IMG/VR virus record: IMGVR_UViG_3300013122_000005
Coordinates: 1-54,403 of that record
DNA from: a virus
Taxonomy: Duplodnaviria; Caudoviricetes
Direction: 5' to 3' (one strand)
DNA length: 54,403 nt
Shown here: positions 38,433 through 46,677 of the stretch, piece by piece
Position numbering within the stretch: the first letter of the stretch is position 1
Layout of the letters: each line of letters starts with the position of its first letter
Translations under genes and position numbers: made by a program
Notes under the pieces: model-generated
Database searches by the model: none
Seen by the model: the letters and a program-made list of their open reading frames with translations, nothing else
What the model was told of the DNA's origin: nothing

Positions 38433-38958
38433 TTTTATCTTTTTTTGTTCTTACATCATAACCTACTTCTTGTAATAACCTTTCATAAGTCATATATATA
38501 AATCCTTTTTTTATATTATCTTCTACTCGTTGCCAATTATTTTTAGATAAAATGATCTTTAATGCATTTCGTTTCTTTTTCCAACCTTTAGGACTTAATA
38601 ATATATAACATACCGGCCTTGCCTGTTTATATTTTATTTCGTACACATAATATTTACTTTCAATAGGTCTTTGTGCAATCGCTATACATCCTATCCCATT
38701 AGGTAACATATAAATTGCATTATTATCTATTAAATTGTCAATCAATATCTCAATGAACTTCTTTGTAATTGTTGTTGCAATATTCTTAGGTTTCCCTTTT
38801 ATTCTTTGTAAATAAAATTTCCATCCTCTCCATTTATCATGATGGGTATCACTTGAATTTTTGGGATTTATTCCTTCATCTTCTAGTAAATCTTTTAAGG
38901 TTATGACATATCTATAATATTCATTTCCCCAGCGATCCATTACTGGTTCTTGTATCAT
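38368..38958 (-). CDS. IHF/HU-like DNA-binding protein of the crAss structural module
   Basis: Basic protein with IDNLIDNNAIYMLPNGIGCIAI (helix-LPxxxG-strand), in the conserved position upstream of the R1 ring gene. Confidence 0.55.
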   Translation of the reverse strand: MIQEPVMDRWGNEYYRYVITLKDLLEDEGINPKNSSDTHHDKWRGWKFYLQRIKGKPKNIATTITKKFIEILIDNLIDNNAIYMLPNGIGCIAIAQRPIESKYYVYEIKYKQARPVCYILLSPKGWKKKRNALKIILSKNNWQRVEDNIKKGFIYMTYERLLQEVGYDVRTKKDKNDIQSKIFRSSVYKKPSCETV

Positions 38959-39376
38959 CTACTAATCTTGGTTCTATTATTCCTATTTCCTTTTCTATTT
39001 CAATACCATTATATTCCAATGTCCCAGGTATTGTTAAAATAGTAAATGAATTTAAGACTTCTCTTTCCATCCTCTTATCAAAATTTTGTTCCCATTCTTG
39101 TCTTAACTTTCCTTCTATAATTGCTGCATAATCAGGGACCCAATATTCTATACTATTTAAACATAATTTATATGATAAACCTTTTGATATTTGCATTGGA
39201 TTATTATCTTCATTACATATACCACAACGCCTTCGTTCTATTCTTGTGTCACAAAATATAAATTGCTGAAAAGGATAAAACCATCTATAGATATTATCAC
39301 TTCCAAGTACCATAACTCTATCAATAATAGTTATTATACTACTAAGAGATATTTCACTATTTGTTATATCTTGCAT
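38921..39376 (-). CDS. Hypothetical protein
   Basis: 151-aa ORF fills the gap on the coding strand and overlaps both neighbours; contains CGIC. Confidence 0.55.
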   Translation of the reverse strand: MQDITNSEISLSSIITIIDRVMVLGSDNIYRWFYPFQQFIFCDTRIERRRCGICNEDNNPMQISKGLSYKLCLNSIEYWVPDYAAIIEGKLRQEWEQNFDKRMEREVLNSFTILTIPGTLEYNGIEIEKEIGIIEPRLVDDTRTSNGSLGK

Positions 39377-39701
39377 CTAATGTAACTAATATTTTTAAAA
39401 TTATATAATTAAATCCTAACATACTGATCACTTCTAATCTTAATCCCATTATCGTAGTATATGTTAATATAGCTATCCATGTAGAATAACAATAAATACA
39501 TAACCCAAATGGTTTAAGCAATTTTCTTATCCAGCGATCCCTTTTCCTCCAACTGTGAATCCATAACCAAAGAAGAAATAACCGATACCTCCTTAGTATC
39601 ATTCCTTCTTGCATTGTTTCTTCCAGAAACATACTTAATGTCGCAGTCATGAGCGAGATTATTACCGGCAGAACAACCACGTTTTTTACAAGCACTTCCA
39701 T
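39357..39701 (-). CDS. Small membrane protein, DUF1360-like (CxxCxSxW)
   Basis: Several hydrophobic segments and KPFGLCIYCYSTWI. Confidence 0.55.
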   Translation of the reverse strand: MEVLVKNVVVLPVIISLMTATLSMFLEETMQEGMILRRYRLFLLWLWIHSWRKRDRWIRKLLKPFGLCIYCYSTWIAILTYTTIMGLRLEVISMLGFNYIILKILVTLDARYNK

Positions 39702-39739
39702 ATATTATTTTCATTTGTAAATAATTTAAAATTACTAAT

Positions 39740-40426
39740 TTAAGTTTTTTGTATATTTTGTTGATTTTGTTGTAATGTTCTAGAATCAATGGGTGTATCT
39801 GAAGCATCTTGTTGTGTATCAGGTTTGTTTCCTACGCTCATTAAATCTTTTACTACCAATAATGATAGTTTATATGGATCTGGTACAGGATAATTATCAA
39901 TTAATTCATTGTAATCACATACATCTACAGGATTCATAATCAATAATACTGCACATATTTTTCTCATTCCTGGAGTAATTAAATTCTTTATATATACTTT
40001 ATTCCCTAATCGTGTTGCTGATGGACTATTTTGTAATAATGGATGATTTTCGATCGTTCTCCAATTATCTAATCCTATAATATTAAATGATTTCCAATCA
40101 TTCGAACCTAAAAATCTTATTGGCTCATTTATACCAATATCTGTTATTAGTTCTGGCAATACTACACTATAAAGAATATTTTCTGTACCATAAAATTCTC
40201 CATTTATTGTACATCCTTGTTCTTCACATACGATATCTAAACAACATATTCTTTGATAGAAACTTTCATCTAATCTTCCTTGTTTTGCTAATTGAGATAT
40301 TAATGTAGCACGTACATCATTAATCTTTTTTATAATAAATGCTTCTGGCACTTCAAGATCATCTGAAGGTTTATATTGAGTATATTTTTCAATTACATCA
40401 TCAATTATTTCTCTTAGTATAGCCAT
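39740..40426 (-). CDS. Tail ring protein (crAss001 gp40/R2-like)
   Basis: 228 aa; IKKINDVRATLISQ N-terminal helix, NP...YPVP and C-terminal PDTQQDA; position after the auxiliary capsid gene. Confidence 0.65.
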   Translation of the reverse strand: MAILREIIDDVIEKYTQYKPSDDLEVPEAFIIKKINDVRATLISQLAKQGRLDESFYQRICCLDIVCEEQGCTINGEFYGTENILYSVVLPELITDIGINEPIRFLGSNDWKSFNIIGLDNWRTIENHPLLQNSPSATRLGNKVYIKNLITPGMRKICAVLLIMNPVDVCDYNELIDNYPVPDPYKLSLLVVKDLMSVGNKPDTQQDASDTPIDSRTLQQNQQNIQKT

Positions 40427-40440
40427 AGTATTATTTCTTT

Positions 40441-40481
40441 AATAAAATAAGTATGGATAGGATTTAAAACCCTACCCATAC
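40441..40481 (-). terminator. Intrinsic terminator after the auxiliary capsid gene
   Basis: Minus strand GTATGGGTAGG-GTTTTAAAT-CCTATCCATAC followed by TTATTTTATT: an 11-bp stem with one G-U pair (an A-C mismatch on the plus strand, which fixes the orientation). Confidence 0.8.
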
Positions 40482-40493
40482 ATTTATTTATTA

Positions 40494-42080
40494 TTACCAT
40501 GAAGTAGGTGCTACTCCTGCCCAAATAGTTAATAATTCATCAAAATTAGTATCAGGCGTCCAAGCAGTTGTTACCGCAGAATTGAAATTCTTTTCAATAT
40601 TGTAGTTTACCATTCCAAGTAATCCTGCAGGTGTAAAGATATTTGCATCCCATACATCTGTTGTTAATAATGAAGATTTAATATATATTTGTACATGTTC
40701 TAAATAATGATCTATATGTGACGAACCATGAATAGCATAAATATCACGATTGAATTTTAAATCATACATACAATATTCATCTTCTGGATTAACCTGATCA
40801 AGATATTGATACATATAAAGATTTCCTGCATCATTCTTATTAGCAAAAACACGAAATACATCTTTTCCTGTTAAGATAGGCCATGACCCATTTCCACTCC
40901 ATGAATCTGCAATACTTGTTGTTGATGTTGCACTAAATGTTAAAGAAACTTTACTTACATCAGTATTACCATAAACCATTGTATAACCTGATACACTATC
41001 CCATGAAGCAGCAGTGTCAGCAAGTAATAAAGGTACAGCTGCTAATGTTGCCTGAATAGCAATTGCATAAGCTGATACAAGACCTACTGCATCATTAGCT
41101 GCAGCAGAAGCAGTTGGAACACCATTAATAGTTGCAGTAGTGGTTGTTGTACCTATAGCAGTATTACCTGTTAAATATTGAATAGTATGCTTTGTTGTTG
41201 TTGCTCCCATATCATTACTGTAAATAACATCAAAATGTACATCTACTGATTTGGAATTTAAAGCTACATAACGATGATCAATGGTTGCTGATCCAGCTCC
41301 ATTTGCTGCTACTGTAAATAATCTACCAGGTGTTCTTGACATAATAGCAAACGTATAACGTGTACCATCAGTATTCTGAATACCAAAAGCAACTATTTCA
41401 TCATGAACTGCAATTGTTCCATTGATATCTTCTACCATGTCAATAGCTACACCAGCAGGAGTTGCTATAGGAGTTGTTACACCATCAATTGTAATATCAA
41501 TACCTGCACTTCCTGCTAATACATCTGAACATACATATACACGCCTTGCTTCTACAGGAGACATACTTCTTGAAGTGGAAGGATCGGTATTATTACCATT
41601 AAATCCTGTATCATTAGTTATTTGAGTAATAATATCATCTTCTGCAGCAAGTACATAAGCATCGTCTATCATAGATGGAATTCCTGAACAAGATACAGCT
41701 TCTGTAATACCTGAATAACTTCTTGTCTGTCCTTCTGGACCCCAATCATTATCCTTAGCATTTTTAATATATGAATGAATAGATATTCCCCATTCCCATC
41801 CACAAGTACCACAAGTACATGGAGGTGAAAATTCTACCCATTTAAAAGCTAATTCACCAGGATCTGTACATGATTTACTCCCAACTAATCCTGTTGCTAA
41901 TGTACCACTTGCTAATGGAACACCTGTTCCTGCTGTTCTAACATCACCCGGAATATTAACTCCATATTCTTTAAATGATAACACTTTTCTGCCTGAAATA
42001 GTATCGGTAAACATTCCTACCTTATAGGCATCAATTGATTGTAACAATATTTTTGTTACGGGTTGTCTTAAATTTTGCAT
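40494..42080 (-). CDS. Auxiliary capsid (decoration) protein, crAss001 gp36-like position, enlarged
   Basis: Ala/Thr/Gly-rich and beta-rich, with PCTCGTCG motif. Follows a ring gene in the MCP operon and is followed by a terminator, as expected for a high-copy protein. Confidence 0.6.
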   Translation of the reverse strand: MQNLRQPVTKILLQSIDAYKVGMFTDTISGRKVLSFKEYGVNIPGDVRTAGTGVPLASGTLATGLVGSKSCTDPGELAFKWVEFSPPCTCGTCGWEWGISIHSYIKNAKDNDWGPEGQTRSYSGITEAVSCSGIPSMIDDAYVLAAEDDIITQITNDTGFNGNNTDPSTSRSMSPVEARRVYVCSDVLAGSAGIDITIDGVTTPIATPAGVAIDMVEDINGTIAVHDEIVAFGIQNTDGTRYTFAIMSRTPGRLFTVAANGAGSATIDHRYVALNSKSVDVHFDVIYSNDMGATTTKHTIQYLTGNTAIGTTTTTATINGVPTASAAANDAVGLVSAYAIAIQATLAAVPLLLADTAASWDSVSGYTMVYGNTDVSKVSLTFSATSTTSIADSWSGNGSWPILTGKDVFRVFANKNDAGNLYMYQYLDQVNPEDEYCMYDLKFNRDIYAIHGSSHIDHYLEHVQIYIKSSLLTTDVWDANIFTPAGLLGMVNYNIEKNFNSAVTTAWTPDTNFDELLTIWAGVAPTSW

Positions 42081-42101
42081 TTTATTTAATTATTAAATTG
42101 T

Positions 42102-42833
42102 TTATAAATTCGTTATAGGTTGTTGTTGTGCTGCCTGTATAAACGATACTAATCTCGGGTCTTTAACTTCTTCTAAATATAACTTTACACATCTTTGTAC
42201 TATTTCCTGTTTTGCATAATCAGGTAATATACTTGTTGGTAATAATGGATCACTATTTATCTCATTAGGAAACATTAAATATTCAATATTCATTTCTACT
42301 GCAGGAGAATAATTTTGTAAACTATTTATTACTCTTATTCTATAATCTATCTTATCATAATATAAATTATGATCTGATGGTTTTCTAAATGCAGATTTTT
42401 TTGAATATGTTTTTCTATCAGAACGCATAATCTTTGCATCTATCCAATCACTTACTCCTGTTAAATTACATTCCTGATTCAGACAATTATCATAATCTAA
42501 TTTGAATGCAACATTTAATGTTCTCATATGTTTTGGAGCAACTTCAAATACATTTGTTATATTATTAGTTCCTTGTATAATACCATCAGGTAAATAAAAT
42601 AAATTTGTTCCTGAAGATAGAATAGTATAATGTTTACGTAATGGTTGTAAATCATTAATCTTTTTCTCTGTAACCTCAATACCTTCTTTCATACTTACAC
42701 AATCAGCAATCCATTGTGGTTGTGCCCATTCATTCCATAAAGACATAAAGAAAGTAGGAGTTACTGTCCCTGTATTTTCTTTCTTTATACCTCTTAGAAA
42801 TGCTTTATGTAAATCTGAAAAGGTGTCAAGCAT
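42102..42833 (-). CDS. Tail ring protein (crAss001 gp34/gp35-like)
   Basis: 243 aa; WNEWAQ...EVTEKKINDLQPL, IEYLMFP and LPDYAKQEIVQRCV pattern; conserved position. Confidence 0.7.
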   Translation of the reverse strand: MLDTFSDLHKAFLRGIKKENTGTVTPTFFMSLWNEWAQPQWIADCVSMKEGIEVTEKKINDLQPLRKHYTILSSGTNLFYLPDGIIQGTNNITNVFEVAPKHMRTLNVAFKLDYDNCLNQECNLTGVSDWIDAKIMRSDRKTYSKKSAFRKPSDHNLYYDKIDYRIRVINSLQNYSPAVEMNIEYLMFPNEINSDPLLPTSILPDYAKQEIVQRCVKLYLEEVKDPRLVSFIQAAQQQPITNL

Positions 42834-42839
42834 AATTAC

Positions 42840-44015
42840 TTATTTTTGAAATTTGATTTTACACATATACTTTATTAATGAATCCTTATTCCCCCATATA
42901 TCAACACAATCTTCCTCTTTATAAGGACTATTATGATGTTTTATGGTTGTACGTAACTGTTCAATAGTTTTCTTTGCAAGATCTTCTGAAAATTTCGTTA
43001 GTTCCTCGATTCCTGATTCTGTAACTTTAGGACTTTTTAATAGTTCAAGATTGTTTCTAAATTCAGATAATTTAGGATTGTTATCAAAATACTTTTGCAA
43101 AATATTAATAGCTTCTTCGGCCTCTATAATATTTTTTTCATACAAAGCTTTTTGACATGCAGTAACCATTGCCTCTTCTTTTTCTTTAGGATCGACAACT
43201 ACTGCTCCTATATTACCTTTCCTTTCTTGTAATAATCCTGCCCATTTATTCTTACGATATGAATTTTCATTCTTATCAACCCATAATTCAATATTTGTCA
43301 TATTACTTCCAATATAATCTTTACCATCAAAATAGGAACCATCAGGATTCTTTTTAAGTATTCCGTGTTGAACCAATTCTAATATAAAGAACTCAAATTC
43401 TACTTTTGAATTATATTGACTAAAACATTCTTTTACTTTATCAGGAAAATCTCTACATGCATCAAGTAATATGTTTTTAAGTTCATCTATAGTTAGATTA
43501 TTCACATTTGCATTAAATATAGGTATCATTGAATTCAATTTCAAAGCAATTCTTTTCTGATCTTCAACTGTTGATTTTCTTAATAAACTTTCAACTTCAA
43601 ATTGTTGATCTCTCAAATCATTGTTTGTTTTTGATTCAATAGTTCTATCCTCTAAATAACCATCATATATAGACTTATTATCATTATATTCCTTTTTGCT
43701 TTTAGCCCATTTCTTACTTAATAATAATAATTCATACCTTGCTTTATCTACCGGATTGTCAAGCCTTAACCATTCCGAATGATTAACCCTAAGATGATCT
43801 GTAGGGTCAATCACATATGGAATAGATTTTCTTTCTGTTTCATTTAATAAAGCAGGATTTAACATTTTTTCAGTAGGCAAATTTTGCCCTGTCAAATAAC
43901 CAGACTTGGTTTTTGTAATAGGAATAATATATGGAAATTCTCTGTTAGGATTTTTACCATTCTTAGTTCCACAAATTACTCTTACTTTTCTATTTTCTAA
44001 ACTATTTTCTGACAT
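42840..44015 (-). CDS. Conserved crAss-like protein downstream of MCP (gp33-like), function unknown
   Basis: LRLDNPVDKARYELL motif and C-terminal YIGSNM segment; position immediately after MCP. Confidence 0.6.
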   Translation of the reverse strand: MSENSLENRKVRVICGTKNGKNPNREFPYIIPITKTKSGYLTGQNLPTEKMLNPALLNETERKSIPYVIDPTDHLRVNHSEWLRLDNPVDKARYELLLLSKKWAKSKKEYNDNKSIYDGYLEDRTIESKTNNDLRDQQFEVESLLRKSTVEDQKRIALKLNSMIPIFNANVNNLTIDELKNILLDACRDFPDKVKECFSQYNSKVEFEFFILELVQHGILKKNPDGSYFDGKDYIGSNMTNIELWVDKNENSYRKNKWAGLLQERKGNIGAVVVDPKEKEEAMVTACQKALYEKNIIEAEEAINILQKYFDNNPKLSEFRNNLELLKSPKVTESGIEELTKFSEDLAKKTIEQLRTTIKHHNSPYKEEDCVDIWGNKDSLIKYMCKIKFQK

Positions 44016-44040
44016 CTTAATTTATTTTTTAAAATTATTA

Positions 44041-45525
44041 TTACAATAATGAATTCATATAAGGACGATAAATTTTAAATACCTTGTTCTGTGATACTAC
44101 ACCATTTTGAACAAGTAAATGTTCTGATGAACCATCAACTGAACTACAGATATTACCACCCTGATCAAGTCCTGCAAGTTTACCACGTACCATTGGTCTT
44201 AATTGAATAAGTTGAATACCTGGATCTCCAGATGCTGTTTTTCCCATTGGTATAACAAGTCCATCATAATCATTAGACTTTGTACCATCATTTAATGGTA
44301 ATCCGGGTCTTGCTGTTAATGATTTATATTCGTGTACATATAAGGTAACACCTGCAAGATTATATCCCAAATAGGTATTATTTTGAATCTTCTGTCCACC
44401 TTCTCCTACAATATTTACATCTTTTGTTACACCTAATGAACCCATAAGGATATTAAATTCTACATAAGATCTTGAAGGTAAAAGAACAGCTACTGATTTT
44501 TCTCCTGTTTCATCATAATTAACATATGAGTTAATATCAGTCATAAAGGTTTCTAACCATTTTTTAGTCCAACCGGAACCTTGTGGATATTCAATAGGTC
44601 CATCTCCACAATTCATAATACCATCTCCGGCAAGAATTTCTTTATTTCTTTCATCAGTTAATTTGATTTTTTTAGTATCGCGATTAACAGTAGATTTACC
44701 TTCAAGTAATTGCCAATTTGAAAATCTTGCTGCCCATTTTAACATTTCTTCGTCAGCATAACGTAAAAATGACCAGTTATTTTTGTCATTTCCTACTACT
44801 ACTTTACGACCATCAATCTTACGATTTTTGTCCATAGCTGCTGCTGTACCAGACCATGAATATTTTAAACGGAATAATGATAAATAAGCATCACCAAATG
44901 TTCCCATTGAATATCTTTCATTTCCAAATTCTGAGAAATCTTGTTCATGTAATGCTCCTACAAGTTGACATTCAAAACCATCCTGCATAATATTAGGATC
45001 AACATATATATCATCTTCTGCACCTATAATCTTTACTTTGAACATAAATACACCACCTGCTTTTTCTTCTCCACCTCTTTCGTTATCAACCCATAATTGA
45101 GTTTTTCCATCAGCTAAAAGAATAATATCCTTACCACCAATGACATTCGAATCTAAGAAAATATAAAATGGTTGTCCCTGTAAACCAGGTTTTGTAGGAT
45201 TAGCATCAGATATAAATGTTAATCCATTTACATTCGCGCGAAAATGTTCTTTTCGATAATCATTTTGTGCAATACGATATTGAACATGCGAACTTGAAAC
45301 TGTAGTAAATCTACCATTATCAAAATTAGCATTTGTTGTATAATTAAGTCCTTTTGTTTTAAGTCCTTTCATATCCAATAATGATAATACCGGTGCTTCT
45401 TGTGTAGCTACTTCTCCCATAATGGTTGGTAAATAATCAGGATCATTAATACCTAAATCAATAAGTAATCGTCCTGTAATTGATTCTTGTGCAATGGTCT
45501 CTCTTGGACCTAAAGTCATTCTCAT
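44041..45525 (-). CDS. Major capsid protein (HK97 fold, crAss-type)
   Basis: 494 aa; RLKYSWSGTAA, EILAGDGIM, SSVDGSSEHLL motifs; position after portal and scaffold. Confidence 0.88.
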   Translation of the reverse strand: MRMTLGPRETIAQESITGRLLIDLGINDPDYLPTIMGEVATQEAPVLSLLDMKGLKTKGLNYTTNANFDNGRFTTVSSSHVQYRIAQNDYRKEHFRANVNGLTFISDANPTKPGLQGQPFYIFLDSNVIGGKDIILLADGKTQLWVDNERGGEEKAGGVFMFKVKIIGAEDDIYVDPNIMQDGFECQLVGALHEQDFSEFGNERYSMGTFGDAYLSLFRLKYSWSGTAAAMDKNRKIDGRKVVVGNDKNNWSFLRYADEEMLKWAARFSNWQLLEGKSTVNRDTKKIKLTDERNKEILAGDGIMNCGDGPIEYPQGSGWTKKWLETFMTDINSYVNYDETGEKSVAVLLPSRSYVEFNILMGSLGVTKDVNIVGEGGQKIQNNTYLGYNLAGVTLYVHEYKSLTARPGLPLNDGTKSNDYDGLVIPMGKTASGDPGIQLIQLRPMVRGKLAGLDQGGNICSSVDGSSEHLLVQNGVVSQNKVFKIYRPYMNSLL

Positions 45526-45550
45526 TTTTATAATTTTTTATAGTTTAATA

Positions 45551-46609
45551 TTAAGTACTCTGAATAAATTGTTTAGGATTAAATTCAGATGAACCACCTA
45601 CATTACCTCCTGAAGGTTCTCCAAGATTGGGGTCCAATTTATCTATAATCTGTTTCTTTGTCTTTTCTTTAATAGAAGAAGTATAACCTCGCAATTTGTT
45701 ATTTTTGATCATCCACAAAAGAGGAAGGAATGTCATTGACTTATCCTCATCTGAAAAAATATCATTTAATAACTCTTGTGCTTCAATTTTAGCTACCTTT
45801 TTTCCATCATTTTCTTTAATTACATTTACTTTAAACATATTAGGAATATCTTTTTTATATTGTGCAAGATCAGCTTCGCTGAATTCTATCCCATCAATAT
45901 TTGATTTTCCTTCAATATTCTTTAAATAATTTGTAATTAATTTTGAATTATTATTATCTACAATCTTTACATTCTTTTCAAAATCTTCATCAAGCTTTGC
46001 TTTATTTTTAGATTTTTGTTCTTCCTGTAAATCATTATATGTTTTTACTATATTTTGTCTTAGTTCACGCATTTGAAATTTAGACATCTTCTGTATATCT
46101 TCTCTTATTTCATCATCATCAAATCCTTCTGGATTATTATCTGTTTTCCCATATTTTTGTTTGTTAATCGCAAAAAGAAAATCTTCATCCGACATTTTAG
46201 ATATATCTTGTTGTATAATTTTACTTTTTAAGTATTCTTCTTGAGAAAATTTATCTCCTTGTTCTGTTTTCTTCTTTTTATAATCAATAATAAAATCATC
46301 ATCTCCTATATCAGTATTTTTATAAATTTCTTCTCTTATTAAATCAAACTTTTCCTTACGGGTAAGTTTTTCTCCTTTATCATTCTTTCCTGTTTTAATA
46401 ATACTAGGTACTTCATAATCATCTCCCATACGTTCTATATGTTCTTGCCAATATTCATCTATCTCGTTTTGAGGAGATGGATCATTCTCTGGAGGAGGTG
46501 GTGTTTCTTCGTTAGTAGGTTCTGCAGATACTATACCTGCTGGTTCGCCTTTGATAAAAGCTTGTGAATCAAAAGGTTTTTCTAAGTTCTTTTCTAGTTC
46601 TTCTGGCAT
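45551..46609 (-). CDS. Acidic coiled-coil protein, putative capsid scaffold
   Basis: Acidic Pro-rich N-terminus and helical K/E-rich body; between portal and MCP. Confidence 0.65.
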   Translation of the reverse strand: MPEELEKNLEKPFDSQAFIKGEPAGIVSAEPTNEETPPPPENDPSPQNEIDEYWQEHIERMGDDYEVPSIIKTGKNDKGEKLTRKEKFDLIREEIYKNTDIGDDDFIIDYKKKKTEQGDKFSQEEYLKSKIIQQDISKMSDEDFLFAINKQKYGKTDNNPEGFDDDEIREDIQKMSKFQMRELRQNIVKTYNDLQEEQKSKNKAKLDEDFEKNVKIVDNNNSKLITNYLKNIEGKSNIDGIEFSEADLAQYKKDIPNMFKVNVIKENDGKKVAKIEAQELLNDIFSDEDKSMTFLPLLWMIKNNKLRGYTSSIKEKTKKQIIDKLDPNLGEPSGGNVGGSSEFNPKQFIQST

Positions 46610-46629
46610 GTTTTCTAATTTTTAATTTA

Positions 46630-46637
46630 CAAATATA
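46630..46637 (-). promoter_or_regulatory. Bacteroidota-type -7 promoter box TAnnTTTG (TATATTTG) upstream of the scaffold/MCP genes
   Basis: The 68-nt intergenic gap reads ...AACTATTATATTTGTAAATTAAAAATTAGAAAACATG on the minus strand. No clear TTTG -33 element. Confidence 0.5.
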
Positions 46638-46677
46638 ATAGTTATTTTTAAAATTCATTGATTTATTTTCATTTTTT

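Noticed and set aside
39514-39807. 97-aa minus-strand ORF
   Set aside because: It overlaps both the 228-aa ring gene and the 114-aa membrane gene in another frame, and those two already tile the region.
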